From Elsinoe ampelina (Eukaryota), in the NCBI GenBank assembly GCA_010093995.1, contig ML992505.1:62001-126000 (forward strand): a stretch of DNA of 64,000 nt, written 5' to 3'. How positions within the stretch are numbered: the stretch's first letter is position 1; every line of letters begins with the position of its first letter. Below are positions 24,201 to 36,716 of the stretch, piece after piece. The position numbers and the translations under genes were made by a program. The notes below the pieces were generated by a model. It was not told the origin of the DNA, made no database searches, and was given only the letters and a program-made list of their open reading frames with translations.

Positions 24201-25915
24201 TTTCCTCTTGCATCGCAACCACATTCGACATGTTCCAGAGGGACTCGGCTGCCACTCCGTCCACCAATAGCGGCATTTGGCATTTTCTACTGGACTCTTT
24301 GGGCGCATTTGCCAAGTCTTCTAATGAAGAGACCCACGGCGGAGAGGGCCAGCGCCCGCCTGGGCGACGATGAGCAATTTGTGACGCCCTGCTCTCTCTT
24401 CACAAATGTCAAACGACGGGACTTGGCAGGAACCGCTTCGGTAGTGTCCAGTTCGTGTCGACTTCGTGTCGCAGGACTTTGCCGCTGTACCGTACCGTCG
24501 ATGACACTCGTCGCCTCTCAGCCCTAATACCAAGCGCAGCCCTCAGAAAAGCCCAAAAACTTGTGGTATCACCACGTGTCGGTCCGAACGGTATGGGGAT
24601 GTTAGGGTAGGTGATTGAGTGGCTTCAAATCGGCAACATCATGTCAGAGTGTCATCGAAACGATTGTGGTGCATACCGGGGTGTGATTGCTGCAGACACT
24701 CGACGGCCTTTACGCCAAGCCATCTCATCTTCCTCTCTTCCCACTGGTCCTCCACCTGGTCCTCATTTGTCTCCAGCTCGTACGGCGCCGCCGCCTTGGC
24801 CGCCGCAGGTCCAGACCACCGCCCGTCGCGCTCGTCTAAGGTGATGTTTCACTTCCAAGGACGACAGAGAGAACCCTGCCCTCGTTGTGTGGAGCTTCTA
24901 CTGCACTTCACATCTCCTTTTATTACTCACCAAGCAACTTGGCGATCCCCGGCAGTCTTGCACTCTCAAGTTGCACCACCTGATCACGTTGGAGACAACT
25001 GTAGCCTTGGTCAAGCTACATCGCTTCTATGGGTCTGGTTCTGCGATTTCTCGATGTAATCTCGGAGACGTGCGTCCTCTGGTGCTTGTTTCTGATCTCC
25101 CATCAGTCAGCCGTGGCTTCCATACACGGACGAGACACACGAGTCTCATAACACGGTAGTGTCATGTTTTCAGATGATAGCGATGAGTACAATGGTTGCA
25201 TACCACACAGACTACTCCGTCCCCGCACACGGGGTCGGGGTCACTACACCATGTTGTGTGTTTATATGCAGGCGATGACTAGTGTCAAGCAGGTCCGCTG
25301 CGGGTCGTACAGTAAGTCTTCCACACTGACTGAAGCTGAACTATCATGCACGACGTTCTATTCGTAAACATGACGCTAACGTTTACCCTGCAGTCCGTGT
25401 GGGTGCTGTCCATGTGGGTGGATGCCATACATCCTTCTATTCTTCTTGGCATCATCTACCACGACTCGAGACGTTTCCGACTGGCTCTACCACAGGACCG
25501 CGCTAGTCAGGCATCCAACACGAAAGGCGTCAGCATACAAATAACGCACCGGCTTGCCAAGACCATCGGCTCCCGAGCTATCTCCCACATGCATATGCAA
25601 TCTACCTCAGCTGGAACGTCGTGACTACCCAACTGTCGCGCTACCGCCCATATCGAGCCCGCCACCACCTTGGGACCTTCCCGTAAATTGGAGGGATTCG
25701 AGGATGGGACTATCCCCTGAGTTGGTCCGCACAGGCGACCCTTCTGCAACCGGTCTGGAGAGAGACGAGTCCAGTACCGACAGAATCACTATATAAGTTC
25801 CCATCTTCCCGGAAGGTCATGCAGAGAATCAGCCAGTCTCCATTCATTCAGGCCCTCTCCCACATCCACTCATCCACGACTCGTTAGCCGAATCCTCTCG
25901 TACCTCTACTTCACG

Positions 25916-26755
25916 ATGCTCTTCAAGCTCTCCACCCTCGTGGCACTTCTGCCCGCCGCCCTCGCCTGTTTCGAGGGCCACAACCTCGAGACTCGCCGCC
26001 TACATGCCCGCCAGGTCGGAGGACCAGTCACCCCTCGCACCCCCACCGTCTACGACTGGACCTACGAAGACCAGAACTGGGCCGCCCTCAAGTCCACCTA
26101 TGGCGTCTGTTCTACCGGCACTCACCAATCCCCAATCGCCTTGAGAAGCAGCACCGGCTACGCCACCACACACAAGCCCAACTTCTCCGCAAACATGTAC
26201 AGCAAAGTCACTGGCCAATTCTACAACTCCGGCCACGGAGTCTACTTCACCCTCAACCACCCCAGCGGCGTCTACACCGGCCTCCCCTCCATGCAGTTCG
26301 ACACTGAAACCGTCTACCTCGGCGGCTGGCACACGCACACCCCGGCCGAACACACGGTCAACGGCAACAAGCCCCGCGCCGAGATCCACTTTGTCTTCTA
26401 CAACGCGGCCGGTTCGCCTCGCTCCGTGGTGGGCTTCCACATCGCCGCCGGCACGACCACCCCCAGCCCGTTCTTCAACCAGTACCCGACCCCCTGGCCC
26501 GCCCACGATAGCCAGGACAAGCAGGTCCAGCTGACCGTCGACCTGGCGCCTCTCCGGGCCGTGGTCGACGGTTTCAGGAGGTACTGGACCTACGACGGCT
26601 CGCTCACTACCCCTGGCTGCGCAGAGGGTTTGAGGTGGTTCTTCAATGGGAATACTTTCCGTGTCAGCAATGCTCAGTTGGCGGAGATTGAGCGTGTGGG
26701 CGAGTATAGCTCGCGGAACGTGAATGCTATCAAGCAGCACGCTGTGAATGTTTAG
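25916..26755 (+). CDS. Secreted alpha-class carbonic anhydrase
   Basis: Signal peptide, QSPI, zinc-ligand motifs WHTHTPAEH and EIHFV, and YDGSLTTPGCAE. Confidence 0.92.
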   Translation: MLFKLSTLVALLPAALACFEGHNLETRRLHARQVGGPVTPRTPTVYDWTYEDQNWAALKSTYGVCSTGTHQSPIALRSSTGYATTHKPNFSANMYSKVTGQFYNSGHGVYFTLNHPSGVYTGLPSMQFDTETVYLGGWHTHTPAEHTVNGNKPRAEIHFVFYNAAGSPRSVVGFHIAAGTTTPSPFFNQYPTPWPAHDSQDKQVQLTVDLAPLRAVVDGFRRYWTYDGSLTTPGCAEGLRWFFNGNTFRVSNAQLAEIERVGEYSSRNVNAIKQHAVNV

Positions 26756-27006
26756 AGGACCTGGAACTGGGGGTTTTTTTTTCTTGTGGCTTTTCGATTC
26801 TCGAGGGTTCTGATTTGGTTTGATTTTGGTTTGATCTGGTTTTCACGATGCATGACGAGCGAGAGGCGTGGAGTGGTGGTGATCAAAAGGATGAGCATCT
26901 GGCGCAATGCGGGTGAGAGAGGGGCGCTGGGAGCGCGTGCGATGTACCTGTGGATGTAACACCTGTTGACATATAGAACATGGTCGATCGCAATACATGT
27001 CGTTAC

Positions 27007-28242
27007 CTATGATTTTGTGTTCCTCGTAACATTGAGCAGAACCGGGATTACCGCGCCAGTCTGTACTGCGAACTCTCTGTGTCCAACCACACGCAAAAAT
27101 GAAGCTATCACGCCCGAATGTACCGTGAAACTCCACACCCTCGCGTTTGGTGCAGATGCGAAAAGATCGTCCAGGAACCTGCATATCCGCGTATCGACTT
27201 CGGCATCAGTCTCCCGCACGTCGGCTTTCCAGTACGGATCGTCGACGGCGAAACCTTGTTCAAACTCAAACAGATCCGGATGGCGAGCTTGAATGGCCGT
27301 CTTGGTACTACGCTTGTCGCATGTGTGCTCGCCAAAGACTTCGCGGATGTTCTGCGGGAGAAGGACAATCAACATGTGGGCAGGGATTGTGGAAGGGGTT
27401 GGCGGGCAGGGATGTCGGCGCGAGGACAAGGAAGTAGGATCATCAGAGGTTGGAAGATGGGCTTGGGGGGAGTGCTTATATGCTGTTTCGGCCATTTCTG
27501 GCGGCAGGAATCGTGCTGATACAATAGTCATGAAAGGGGGCATACTGTACCTCGTGGATGACTGGCCTGAATGGTCGATTGGGAGGGAGTGCTAATCCGC
27601 CAAACGTGATTCGACAGGTCTCGAGACAACGATCGAGAGGACTGACCAGATACCGCTCGGGTGGTGGTAGCCCTGCGTCGAGAGCGTGGGCGAAGGTTTC
27701 ATGCGCGAGTCGTGCTTGTTGCCTTCCCGTTTCTGTTAGTCTGGCGTCGACAAAGTCCATGCCATCGGAAGAGTCGAGTTTGGAGAAATGATCCTGTCAG
27801 ATGCGTTCAGCGGGACGACCGGGACGGACAGGGACGGGGGTTGCAAGCACTGACATCCCAAGCTTTGGTGCCGTATTTTGACTCTGCCACGTTATGCCAT
27901 CCTTGTCCATGCCGACCGAGGAAGAACAGGTGGAATTGTGCATCATCCAGGGCAGACGCGTTCATCTGAGATAGAGTTTCTGAGAACCGAGACCATGGTG
28001 TCGAGTGGGTGGTCTGCTGACTGGGGTCTGGCCGGGCGATCAAGCCAAAATCGCGTGTCTAAGATCCTGTCAGCCATTAGGATCCCGAGGCTGCTTACCT
28101 CGCATGGCGAGGCTTCAAACGAGCCCTGGCGCACGCTATTTTGCTTACTCACGTATTCACAAGTGCTTGGGTCAACGGTCGGGTCATCTTGCTGGAAAAA
28201 GCCGGGTGCGACCTCGTACTCAAACTTGTTGAACACAGACAT
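27007..28242 (-). CDS. Histidine phosphatase / phosphoglycerate mutase-like protein (Pmu1-like); exons 28242-28153, 28058-27855, 27793-27551 and 27351-27007
   Basis: LGRHGQGWHN, DARLTETG, VSPLDRCLET, HTCDKRS and HSGVI; three GT-AG introns restore the frame. Confidence 0.85.
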
Positions 28243-29364
28243 TGTAAACAAGACGGAGATAAAGACGGCAGAGAAGCTCGATCGAGTTTGAAGAGAATTG
28301 ACCGGCCGGAGCACGAAACGGTGGCATGGAGTGAAGTCGCGTCCGGCTCCTGCGTGACGTCGGACACTCCCGCTCCAAACTTGTCGATCTCGCCCGACTA
28401 AAGTCATTAAACTCACGAAACGAGTCGGATTTATCCTGTAAGATTATCTTCACTTCTGCCATGGTAGCTCGAGAAGGCAGGTCTCTAAGCAATTGGTAGC
28501 TCCAAATCATCGCGTATCGGTAATTACGACTGATAACGGCACAGCAGACTCTTCCCATCAACAGGCAAAAGCTGCTTTAGGCGTTATTTCCTCATGTTGA
28601 TTGGATCGACGACGGACTCACCAATCTGGTGTTTCGACTGCTCTTTCGGCACTCTGCCGTGCAAACTCCACATGGTCTACATGGAGCTCCAGTTCGCATC
28701 GAGCTTCCAACCAGACCGACACGGCGCCAAGTAGGCCGTCAATAGCTTGTCACGCTTGTCTTTTCTTGGGTTTTTAGGGCACAGTCCTGAGGCGAGTTCG
28801 AGAGCGGGTGGGACTGCCTGAAGCATTTCATTTCCAGACGAGCCTCGGCACGTCTTGTCGTCTTGTCTCTTCTCCACTTCTCCTTGTTCCGACCCTGGTG
28901 CGTTTCTCCTTGACTGTACTCAGACTGGCTTGGAACTACCTTCAAATACCTCATCCAAGTCACGACAAGGACTCCAAGATTCTTGTTGCGAAGTTTTCCT
29001 GTCCTACTTTACTCAAGTCTCCGGCCCGGCACTTGGATGTGAGCCCGGTGACCCCCAAGTCAAACCTCCAAGAATCGGCCAGACAGGATGCCAGAATGCC
29101 AAATCTCCCAAGACTCTGAGCCTTGACGAGCCAATAAAAGGGGCAAGGACTTTCTTGCGATGCTTCGAGAGAGGGCAAGAACCGTTCTTTGCATCGTGCA
29201 ATTCACCGTCGTGCCCGCTCCTTGCGCTCCCTCTCCGTGATTCAATAGGCAATTGCGACGAAGTGCGCGACTCGCAAGGACCTCAAGTCGCATCTCTTCT
29301 AGCAGTCACATTACTGCCTCCAAGGTAGTAGTACATCATCGGCAGTTGAGCATCCTCTCTCCCT

Positions 29365-32300
29365 TCACCGTTCAAACACGGTACTCTTCTCCATATCCCC
29401 ATCATTGTCATCCAACAAGCTCGTCTCACCCTTGCCCTTCCCCTTGTCACCCGCGACTTCTTCACCCTCGACAAGCACTGCCACCTTACCGCCCAGCTTC
29501 CCAGGACTCTTCCCCTCCCCGGCCAGCCCAGCCTCAGCATCCGCCCCCTCAAGCAACTCCCTCCCTCCCTCGTCCTCCTCATCATCCTCGTCCTCATCCC
29601 TCGTGACGACCGATCCCTGCCGCCCAGCCTCCTCAAGCTCACGTTGCGCCTCCTCCATCCGTCTCCGAACCTCGGCCGCGACTCGCATCCCATCCGTGAC
29701 GATATTATCCAGCATCCCACGCAGGCCCTTCCCAGGCGCCACGACCCCAGCCGCCGGTCCCGCAGGCGACAGCACCGCAGGCAGATTACTCTTCTCCGGC
29801 ACACCGGCCGAGGCAAACGTAGTCAGACTCTGCCCGGAGACCATACTAGACGGCAACGGTGCGTCGGCGAGATGGAAAGAGTTGGGGAACCCCGAATCGA
29901 AAAAGGCCTCCAGACTCTCGTCCGCCAGCACCAGCATCCTGAACGTCGGCAACGTGAGGTGCAAAGGGTGTTCCGGGTCCAAAGCGGCGTTGGCGCGCAG
30001 CTTGGACGGGTTGCTTGTCTGCCCGAACCCCAGGGTCTGAGACGCCGAGGACTTTCTCGAAGCTCCTGCCCCTCGAGGGGGAGTGTCGCTTGTGTTGAGC
30101 GAAGCTACGCCGTCGACCAGGTCCGTCGCGGGCGTCGTGGGCTCGCTTTCTGCCTCGCCCGGATCGGCGTACTCGAAGCATCGTCGCGTAAAAGCCGAGA
30201 TGGCGCCGAGGAATTGCTCGTCTTTGCTTTCGCGGCGCAGGGGGGTGCCGTCTGGGCCGATGATGGTTTCGGATAGAGCGTCGTTGGAGGTGCTGTTGTC
30301 GGTTCCGAAGTTGATCCCGCGGCGGGAGAGGAACAGGAGGGCTTCGGAGATGCTGAGGATGGCTTCGCGGTCGATCTTGCCGTCGTTGTCCGAGTCGTAC
30401 AGCTCGAAGAAGTAGGAGATGTTGGACATGATGTCGCGTGAACCTTTGACCCGTGCTAAGCCGGCCACGACGTCTTGCAAGCTCAATTCTTCCGTCTCGT
30501 CGTCTTCGCGCGACCAGGATCTGAATAGCCGTTGCATAAAGTCGTGGTCGGCTGGTTCGGGTCCGCTGCCCCAAGGTGACAGGCTGATGCTCTTGGCTCG
30601 AAGCGTGTTTCCAAAGTATCCGTTGGTCTGCTTGTCAGGGATGTGGTCCTTGGCTGGTGAGCTTGGTGAGTCTGTGATTGCCCACCTGCTGATCCCGGCT
30701 AGGAACTCTCGAAACGCAGGGTAATCCATCTGTGTCGGGCTGGGTCCCAGTCCCACGCGACCCATCTCAGGGGTGTTACCTGCTATTCCTGTCACCACCT
30801 CGGCTGCTTTGGCTTTTGATGATTTCGCGGCTTTGTTTCGGCGTTCGCTCTCGTCTTGGATCATCTGTAACCGCTGTTGGCGCTCGTACAACACTCCATA
30901 AAAGCGGTCGTAGAGGAAGCCAAGGTCATTTGTGCTCAATTTCTTGCTTTCCGGTCCGAGATTGCGTATCGAAGTTCGCTTCGCAAATGACTCGATGTTG
31001 TCTAGAACCGCATCCTTGTGTCTCGCACGTAGCTCGGATATCGTGTTTTGCGTGATCCCTGCAAATTCTTTGAACGCTACCACCATGAGTGCTTGGAAGT
31101 TTGTGACTGCGCGTAGCTTCGGGTTCTCCGACTTGGGGTGAGCAGATTCTTCCAAGCGAGCAAAGTACGATTTGAGGACGGAGATGAAGGTGCCATCGTC
31201 TGTGGCATCCAAGAGTTCTTCGCCATTGATCCGTAATATTGCTAGTCCCACTTGGAAAAGCACCTTGGGTCCTTCCAGGAAGAAGACATCCAGGACTCTG
31301 AAAGCAAATACCAGAGGCATCGAGTTAATGTATAATGACAGGAACCAAGGTAATGAAACAACCGACAATTGGACATCAGACTTGGTGAGGTGTTCAGAGA
31401 GAATTGGTAAGGTGCGTTCGACAAGCGATTCGAAGACTCGTTGATCGAGCAAGGTGCCATACATGGTCGTCGAGTAGTATCCAGGTAGAAGCCTATCACA
31501 CAGGATCGATAATAGGTAGAATGCCTGCGTCTCGGAGAGGTATCTGGCAAATGGTTAGTTGCTTCACCAGACATGTGTATAGGAGGGCTAACATTAGTAA
31601 AGCAGCGACGACAATATTCATCGCTTGACAATATCCAACATCCGGGTTGATCCAACTGTACGCCGTCAAGACCCTCCGTAATCGTCCAATGCCGTCCTCG
31701 CTCTGGAATCCAGGGTACTCGGGTAGACTTCGATTGAGATCCTTCTCAATCTCATCGATAGCAAGAGATGGTTGTCCATGATACTTGTCCAACGTCTCTT
31801 GATATTGCTTCGGCTTCTGTAATCGAAGGTAGAATGCTCCGGACATTAGTTCCCATACCTCTCCCCGTAACCGATTCGGTAGTCCGATCCGTGTCAGTCT
31901 TGGTAGATCCGGTTGTCTGACCAGTGTGACGTTCCTCCCGTTCTCCTTCAAATATTCATACCATAGTCGCATCTTTCCCTTGTCCCTTAGCTTCCTCGGA
32001 TCACCAGGATACTTGAACGTCATCCCCAACCCAGCATCCGGCGGCCGCAGCTCCTCCTCCTCTTTCGTGTCCACCAGCTCCCCGTCACCCTGCCTCTCCC
32101 TGAGCGCCCTTTCTCTCCTCCTCGCCTCCGCGGCCAGCATGTACTCGGAGTAGCACTCCCCTACTGCCCTCCTCATGCCCTCGACCTCCCTCATGCCCTC
32201 CCTCAATCCCTTCTTCAACCCATCGCAGAACCTCTCACACTGCTGCCGACTCCCAGCCAATTGTACGACCAGCTTCGGCGCCGCGGGGGCCGTCTTCCCA

Positions 32301-32824
32301 GTTCCCTTTCCACCTTCCGTCGGCGCAGGGTACCCATTCCAAGTGCTTATGCTCAGGGCAAAGAGGTAGCTCTGACTGTGTAGCCTCTCCACTCTTCGTA
32401 CCGCACATAGTGGCAGCGTGAATCCATTGCCAGCTGGTCCTGCGCCATGTGTGGAGCCTGTGAACGTCGAGGACGCGGACGTGCTTGCGGTGGAGAGGAA
32501 TGAGGTGTTCTGCGTCGAGAAGCAGAGGTACTGCTCGCTCAGGTGGAGTCGGCCAACATAGTGTGCTCCTTGTGAAGGGTCGCGGCGGTTGTCCCAGGTG
32601 TCTTTGTCCCAGCTCTTTCTCGGAGAGGGCCCGGAGGTGGAGCTCGGGGTGAGGGATGATTTGGCGGGGAGGGTAAGCTCCGCGGTGATCTCATGAAGAG
32701 GGTTCTGGGAGTCAGGCAGGCGAAATTGGTGGCGGAAGAGGGCGGATTTGGATGGTTTGTCTGGGTTGAGGGTAGGTTCGATAAAGGACTGGGCTTTTTG
32801 AACGAGGTTGGAGAGGGCGAACAT
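29365..32824 (-). CDS. TBC-domain Rab GTPase-activating protein with GRAM-like and EF-hand regions (Gyp2/Mdr1, TBC1D8/9-like); exons 32824-31593 and 31543-29365
   Basis: LRGEVW, IEKDLNRS (Arg finger), GYCQAMN (Gln finger) and EF-hand-like DSDNDGKID; intron 31544-31592. Confidence 0.92.
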
Positions 32825-33439
32825 GGTGGTTTATGTCGAGGAGGTCAGGTCAGGTAGTCATGTTCCGAGGCCAAGGGGTCGCGGGACTGCGATTGAACGG
32901 ATACGAGTATTTTTGTCGGGTCCCGCGTATCTGGAATGCGAATAGAGGAGTGAGGTTCTTCACATGCGGAGAGGGCTGAGGCGGGAGTGGTGGAGATACC
33001 CCTTGGACGTCAGAGGAGGTGAGATGAGCTCCGGGGAACACGCCAAGGCTACATGTGGTATGCCGTACTTTTCCTCCTCTTTCACATTCTAGTCCTCATG
33101 CCGCATATTGAGCACGTTATCATGGCATCTTGATCACCATCATCTTCACGTCGAGAATTATCGAGTCTGAGGTCCACGGATCAGGCGATCGGTGTAATCA
33201 TCAACAACCCTTCACTCGCGGGTGTGATACGAGCACAATGACCAATGCTAGAGATACTGATTCCATCATTCATTCTGAATATTAATGATATCTGCAAGTG
33301 TCATATCTGCGAAGGGTATCTTAAAGACATTGCTGTATTACCGCCCCAAGACTCGCTCAACCAGATCCGCGCAATGCAAAGCAGTCTTGCCTCGCAAGTG
33401 GTATACTCCTCTTTGTGTTTCGATCATGCACCCCGGCGC

Positions 33440-33987
33440 CTAGACAATGGCGCGACCGGTGTGTGTTGTCCTGCCCTTCCTGTGGCGGAACCAAATCAGG
33501 AGTCCGTAGCAGGCTGTGACGAACCACAGTAGCATGTTTATGAGATCGATCCATACGGCATTCTTCATGCGCTTCTGACCGCCTTGCTCGGGGGATGGAT
33601 TTGCCGGGATGTAAATGCGGCCGAAGGTACCGAAGAGGGCTGTCCAAAGGATGCTACAAAAATAGTCAGCACAGGATGTTCAACAGTCTCTGATAATAGG
33701 TTTACTTACAAAAGGGCAAAGTCCCACCCAAAGAACCAGAAGCTCTTGACGAAGGGAATCGCGTAGATGATGCAGGTGACCGCAGCGAGACCCGCTACAA
33801 CCTCTGCGAAGACCCACTTGCCATCGGCGCCAACTCCGGCCTTGCGCGCCGCGTCAAGATCGACACCGTAGAGGCCAGCGACGGTAATGGCGAAGATGAA
33901 CTGAAGGGAGCGGAGGACGAAGCGGATCAGTCCACCGAGGACGCCGCCTGAGGAGGAGTGATCTCCGAATCGGTCGAGGATAGTCAT
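33440..33987 (-). CDS. Four-TM MARVEL-like membrane protein; exons 33987-33710 and 33653-33440
   Basis: LRSLQF, four hydrophobic helices and RMKNAVWIDLINMLLW; intron GTAAGT..TAG. Confidence 0.8.
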
Positions 33988-34643
33988 GGTGGTAGAGGGT
34001 AGGAGTTTTTTGGAGGCTTGTATCGATTCTAATGTGGGATACGTGTCAGTCTGCTTGGAGTAGATCGTGTATTGTAACGCGATGGAAATTATGGAGTGCG
34101 TGAAGAAAAGATGAAAAGCAAGGGACCAGCCCGGGAGACAAAAGCAAGTCGCTCGAAAAATGCAATTGTTGTTTTGGCAATGCAGGACAATGGAATGAAG
34201 GGATAACGGCTTGCTTGAGCTTTATATGGGCGCCAACAAGCAAAGCAGACAATGAGCAGTGAGGCTGTACACACCTTTGTTGTCGCGTGGACTGTCGCAA
34301 GAGACGCGCGCGTGCGAGTAGAGCTGAATTGAAGAGGTCGATTTGAAACCGAGACGAGGGAGGAATGTGTTACAGATGTATGGCAGCGCGTAGAGATTTG
34401 AATTCCTGAATGGTCAGTGACTGATTTCACGCCTTGCGTCAGTGGCTTGAGCTTTGATGCGGCAGGGTCACAAGCCGAGACAACCAGAGAACAATCAAGG
34501 GTCTCGTGATTTGCACTTTGTGGCTTTTGCATGGTCTGATATTTTTGACATCATGCGCTAAACGCTATGCTACTGAAAGACCGAAATAGAGCAACAACGT
34601 GCTCGGCGCATCCCAACGTCCTTGTTCATCATGGCTTCGACTA

Positions 34644-36013
34644 CTATCTCTGTCGTGTTGACCTCGTCGGACGTTTCTCCGTCTGCTCAGACCTGGTCTT
34701 GCAGCTCTTCGTCGCCGCTGCGTAGCCTCCACGAGCCTGCTTCTTGGGTTCTTGCTCTACAGCATCGCCTCCAGCTTTCCTCTTTGTGCCTCTAGCAGTG
34801 TTCGGGGCCTCTGCTGTCGACTTGACATCAGCGGCCTCCACCTCCTCGTCTTGTATGACTGTTTGCGCTGTTGGCTTCTGTTTGCGCTGACGCTTGCTTG
34901 TCGCTCCTGCAGGCTCAACATGGCCTGGCAGCTTGCCGTTAGTGACTGCTGATGGATCTGGAAGTTTTGAGACGCTGCGACTGTCCGAAGCTTTGCTGGC
35001 TACCCCATTGGTCTTTGGTGACTTCAGCTTCGCGGGATTGGGTGCCGGCTCTTCTGTACTGCCATCGTCCCTGTTGTCATCCTCCGCTTCTTCCTCGGCT
35101 TCTTCATCTTCCTGAATTCTGACGCCCTGCTGTGAGAGCCACTTGCCCATCCCAGAATCTGCGCCACCCTTGTCCACCTGCTCCAGAACCGAATTTGTAA
35201 GACCTTCTAACAGCTCTTCCATGTTGCCTCTCCCGGACGAGAGCATTTGAGCGATCATTTCCTGTAGCTGGCCTCCATCACCTCCCATGCCAGACTCGGA
35301 AAGCTTGTTCTGCAATATCGACATGAGCACTTCAGGGTCTAGGCCTGTTGCGTCTTCAGGCCCATCATCCTCTTCCTCTTCATCTTCCCAGTCCCCCTCG
35401 GCGCCATCAACGTCCATTTTCGAAGAATCTTGGACATGCTCCAATTCTCCTTTGTCGCGACTGCCCTTGTTCCTCGCTTGGGGAAACTTGTCCCTCCAGT
35501 CTGGTAGCAGCGCATAGTTCTCACTCTTGCCCTCGTCAGCGACGACTGATCTGAGCGTATGCGTCTCCTGAAACGGTCTGTACAGGACATTTGGCCCAAG
35601 CCACATCCTGTCTGACTTGGATGAAGCTGCACTGCCCTTGCTCTTTGGGTCCTTCTTTGACTGTTTATGTGGTCGAGGACTATTTGTCGCGTGCTGCAGC
35701 TTCCTCTTTTGGCCAGACCTCTCCTGCTTACCAGCCGACGTGGGCAGTCTGACATCGTAGTATTCGTCCGTACCGAATTCTGTGTCTAGGTAGTAGTCAT
35801 AGTAGTCATAACCCTCGTAATCGTCGTCAATCCGATCATATGCAGGTGGAGATGGTACAGAGGTCTCAGCGAGCTCGTCCTGGGTGATGTGAGTTTTCTG
35901 GCATGCAGCGTAAAACAACAAGATGGGAAACGCACTGCAGCGGCAAAGCTATCCTCGACATATAGGTACTCGTCGTCGAAGTAGTAGTCGTCATCTTCGT
36001 AGTCCATCTCCAT
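34644..36013 (-). CDS. Acidic low-complexity protein of unknown function, possibly nuclear; exons 36013-35936 and 35879-34644
   Basis: Long ORF with a D/Y-rich N-terminus, ALLPDWR and KRK clusters; intron 35880-35935 (GTGCGT..CAG). Confidence 0.7.
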
Positions 36014-36716
36014 GGCTGCACCCTGCTAGCAGACGAGTGCGCCGAAGCGCGTGTCGTGAGGCGTCTTACGCACTTGAATGCTCAGCTTGCATGGCAGAGA
36101 CGTGCCTGCAATATCGTGGGACGAAAGTTTCTGCGAGCGAACAGATGTAGGTCCTTGAAGACGTGAACGCTTTTCAATTCAGCAATGATCAGCGCGTAGC
36201 AGCAACGGAGTGAGGTAGCGATATGTGAGTGCAATATTGCTTGTGAGAGGTCGGATTTCATGCGGTACTCAGATACAAGATGGACAAGCTGAAGGTGCGG
36301 GCTGCTGTCTACTCCATCTCCGCGCCTGCCGCCTCCGATTGGCCAGTCTGGTAGTTTGTGATGAACGAGCACACGATGCCGCTGCACGTGATTTCGAGAA
36401 CTTATGCGTGGACGTGATAGATCGCAGTGACCAAATAGCAGTCAGCGGCTCATACATATCAGCTTAAACTACCAGCATTGACGAACAGCCAGAGACGGTC
36501 CCTGTCATGGTTGACCGAAAATGAAGGCTCGGCTTTCCCCGCATCGCGATGGGAGCGAGGGAGACCTTGAGCGTGACTTCGGCTACCGACGGCATCACCT
36601 ACTCGGCTCAAGCCATCTCGTTCCTGGTAGGTCTTGGTTGCTATTGTTTAGATATTTCGTAGCCATCCCACAAAAATTCTTCTTTTACCCGATGTGACTA
36701 CAAAGGTCGTGCAGCC

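Noticed and set aside
26000..26740. Long ORF antisense to the carbonic anhydrase
   Set aside because: Shadow ORF expected from the strong C-ending codon bias of the sense gene.
27352..27550. Possible stwintron (GTACA-GTATGC) in phosphatase intron 3
   Set aside because: The internal intron would be ~30 nt and its removal would not create a better donor.
29283..30574. Several 170-240 aa overlapping ORFs within the TBC gene
   Set aside because: GC-rich alternative-frame or antisense shadows with no motifs.
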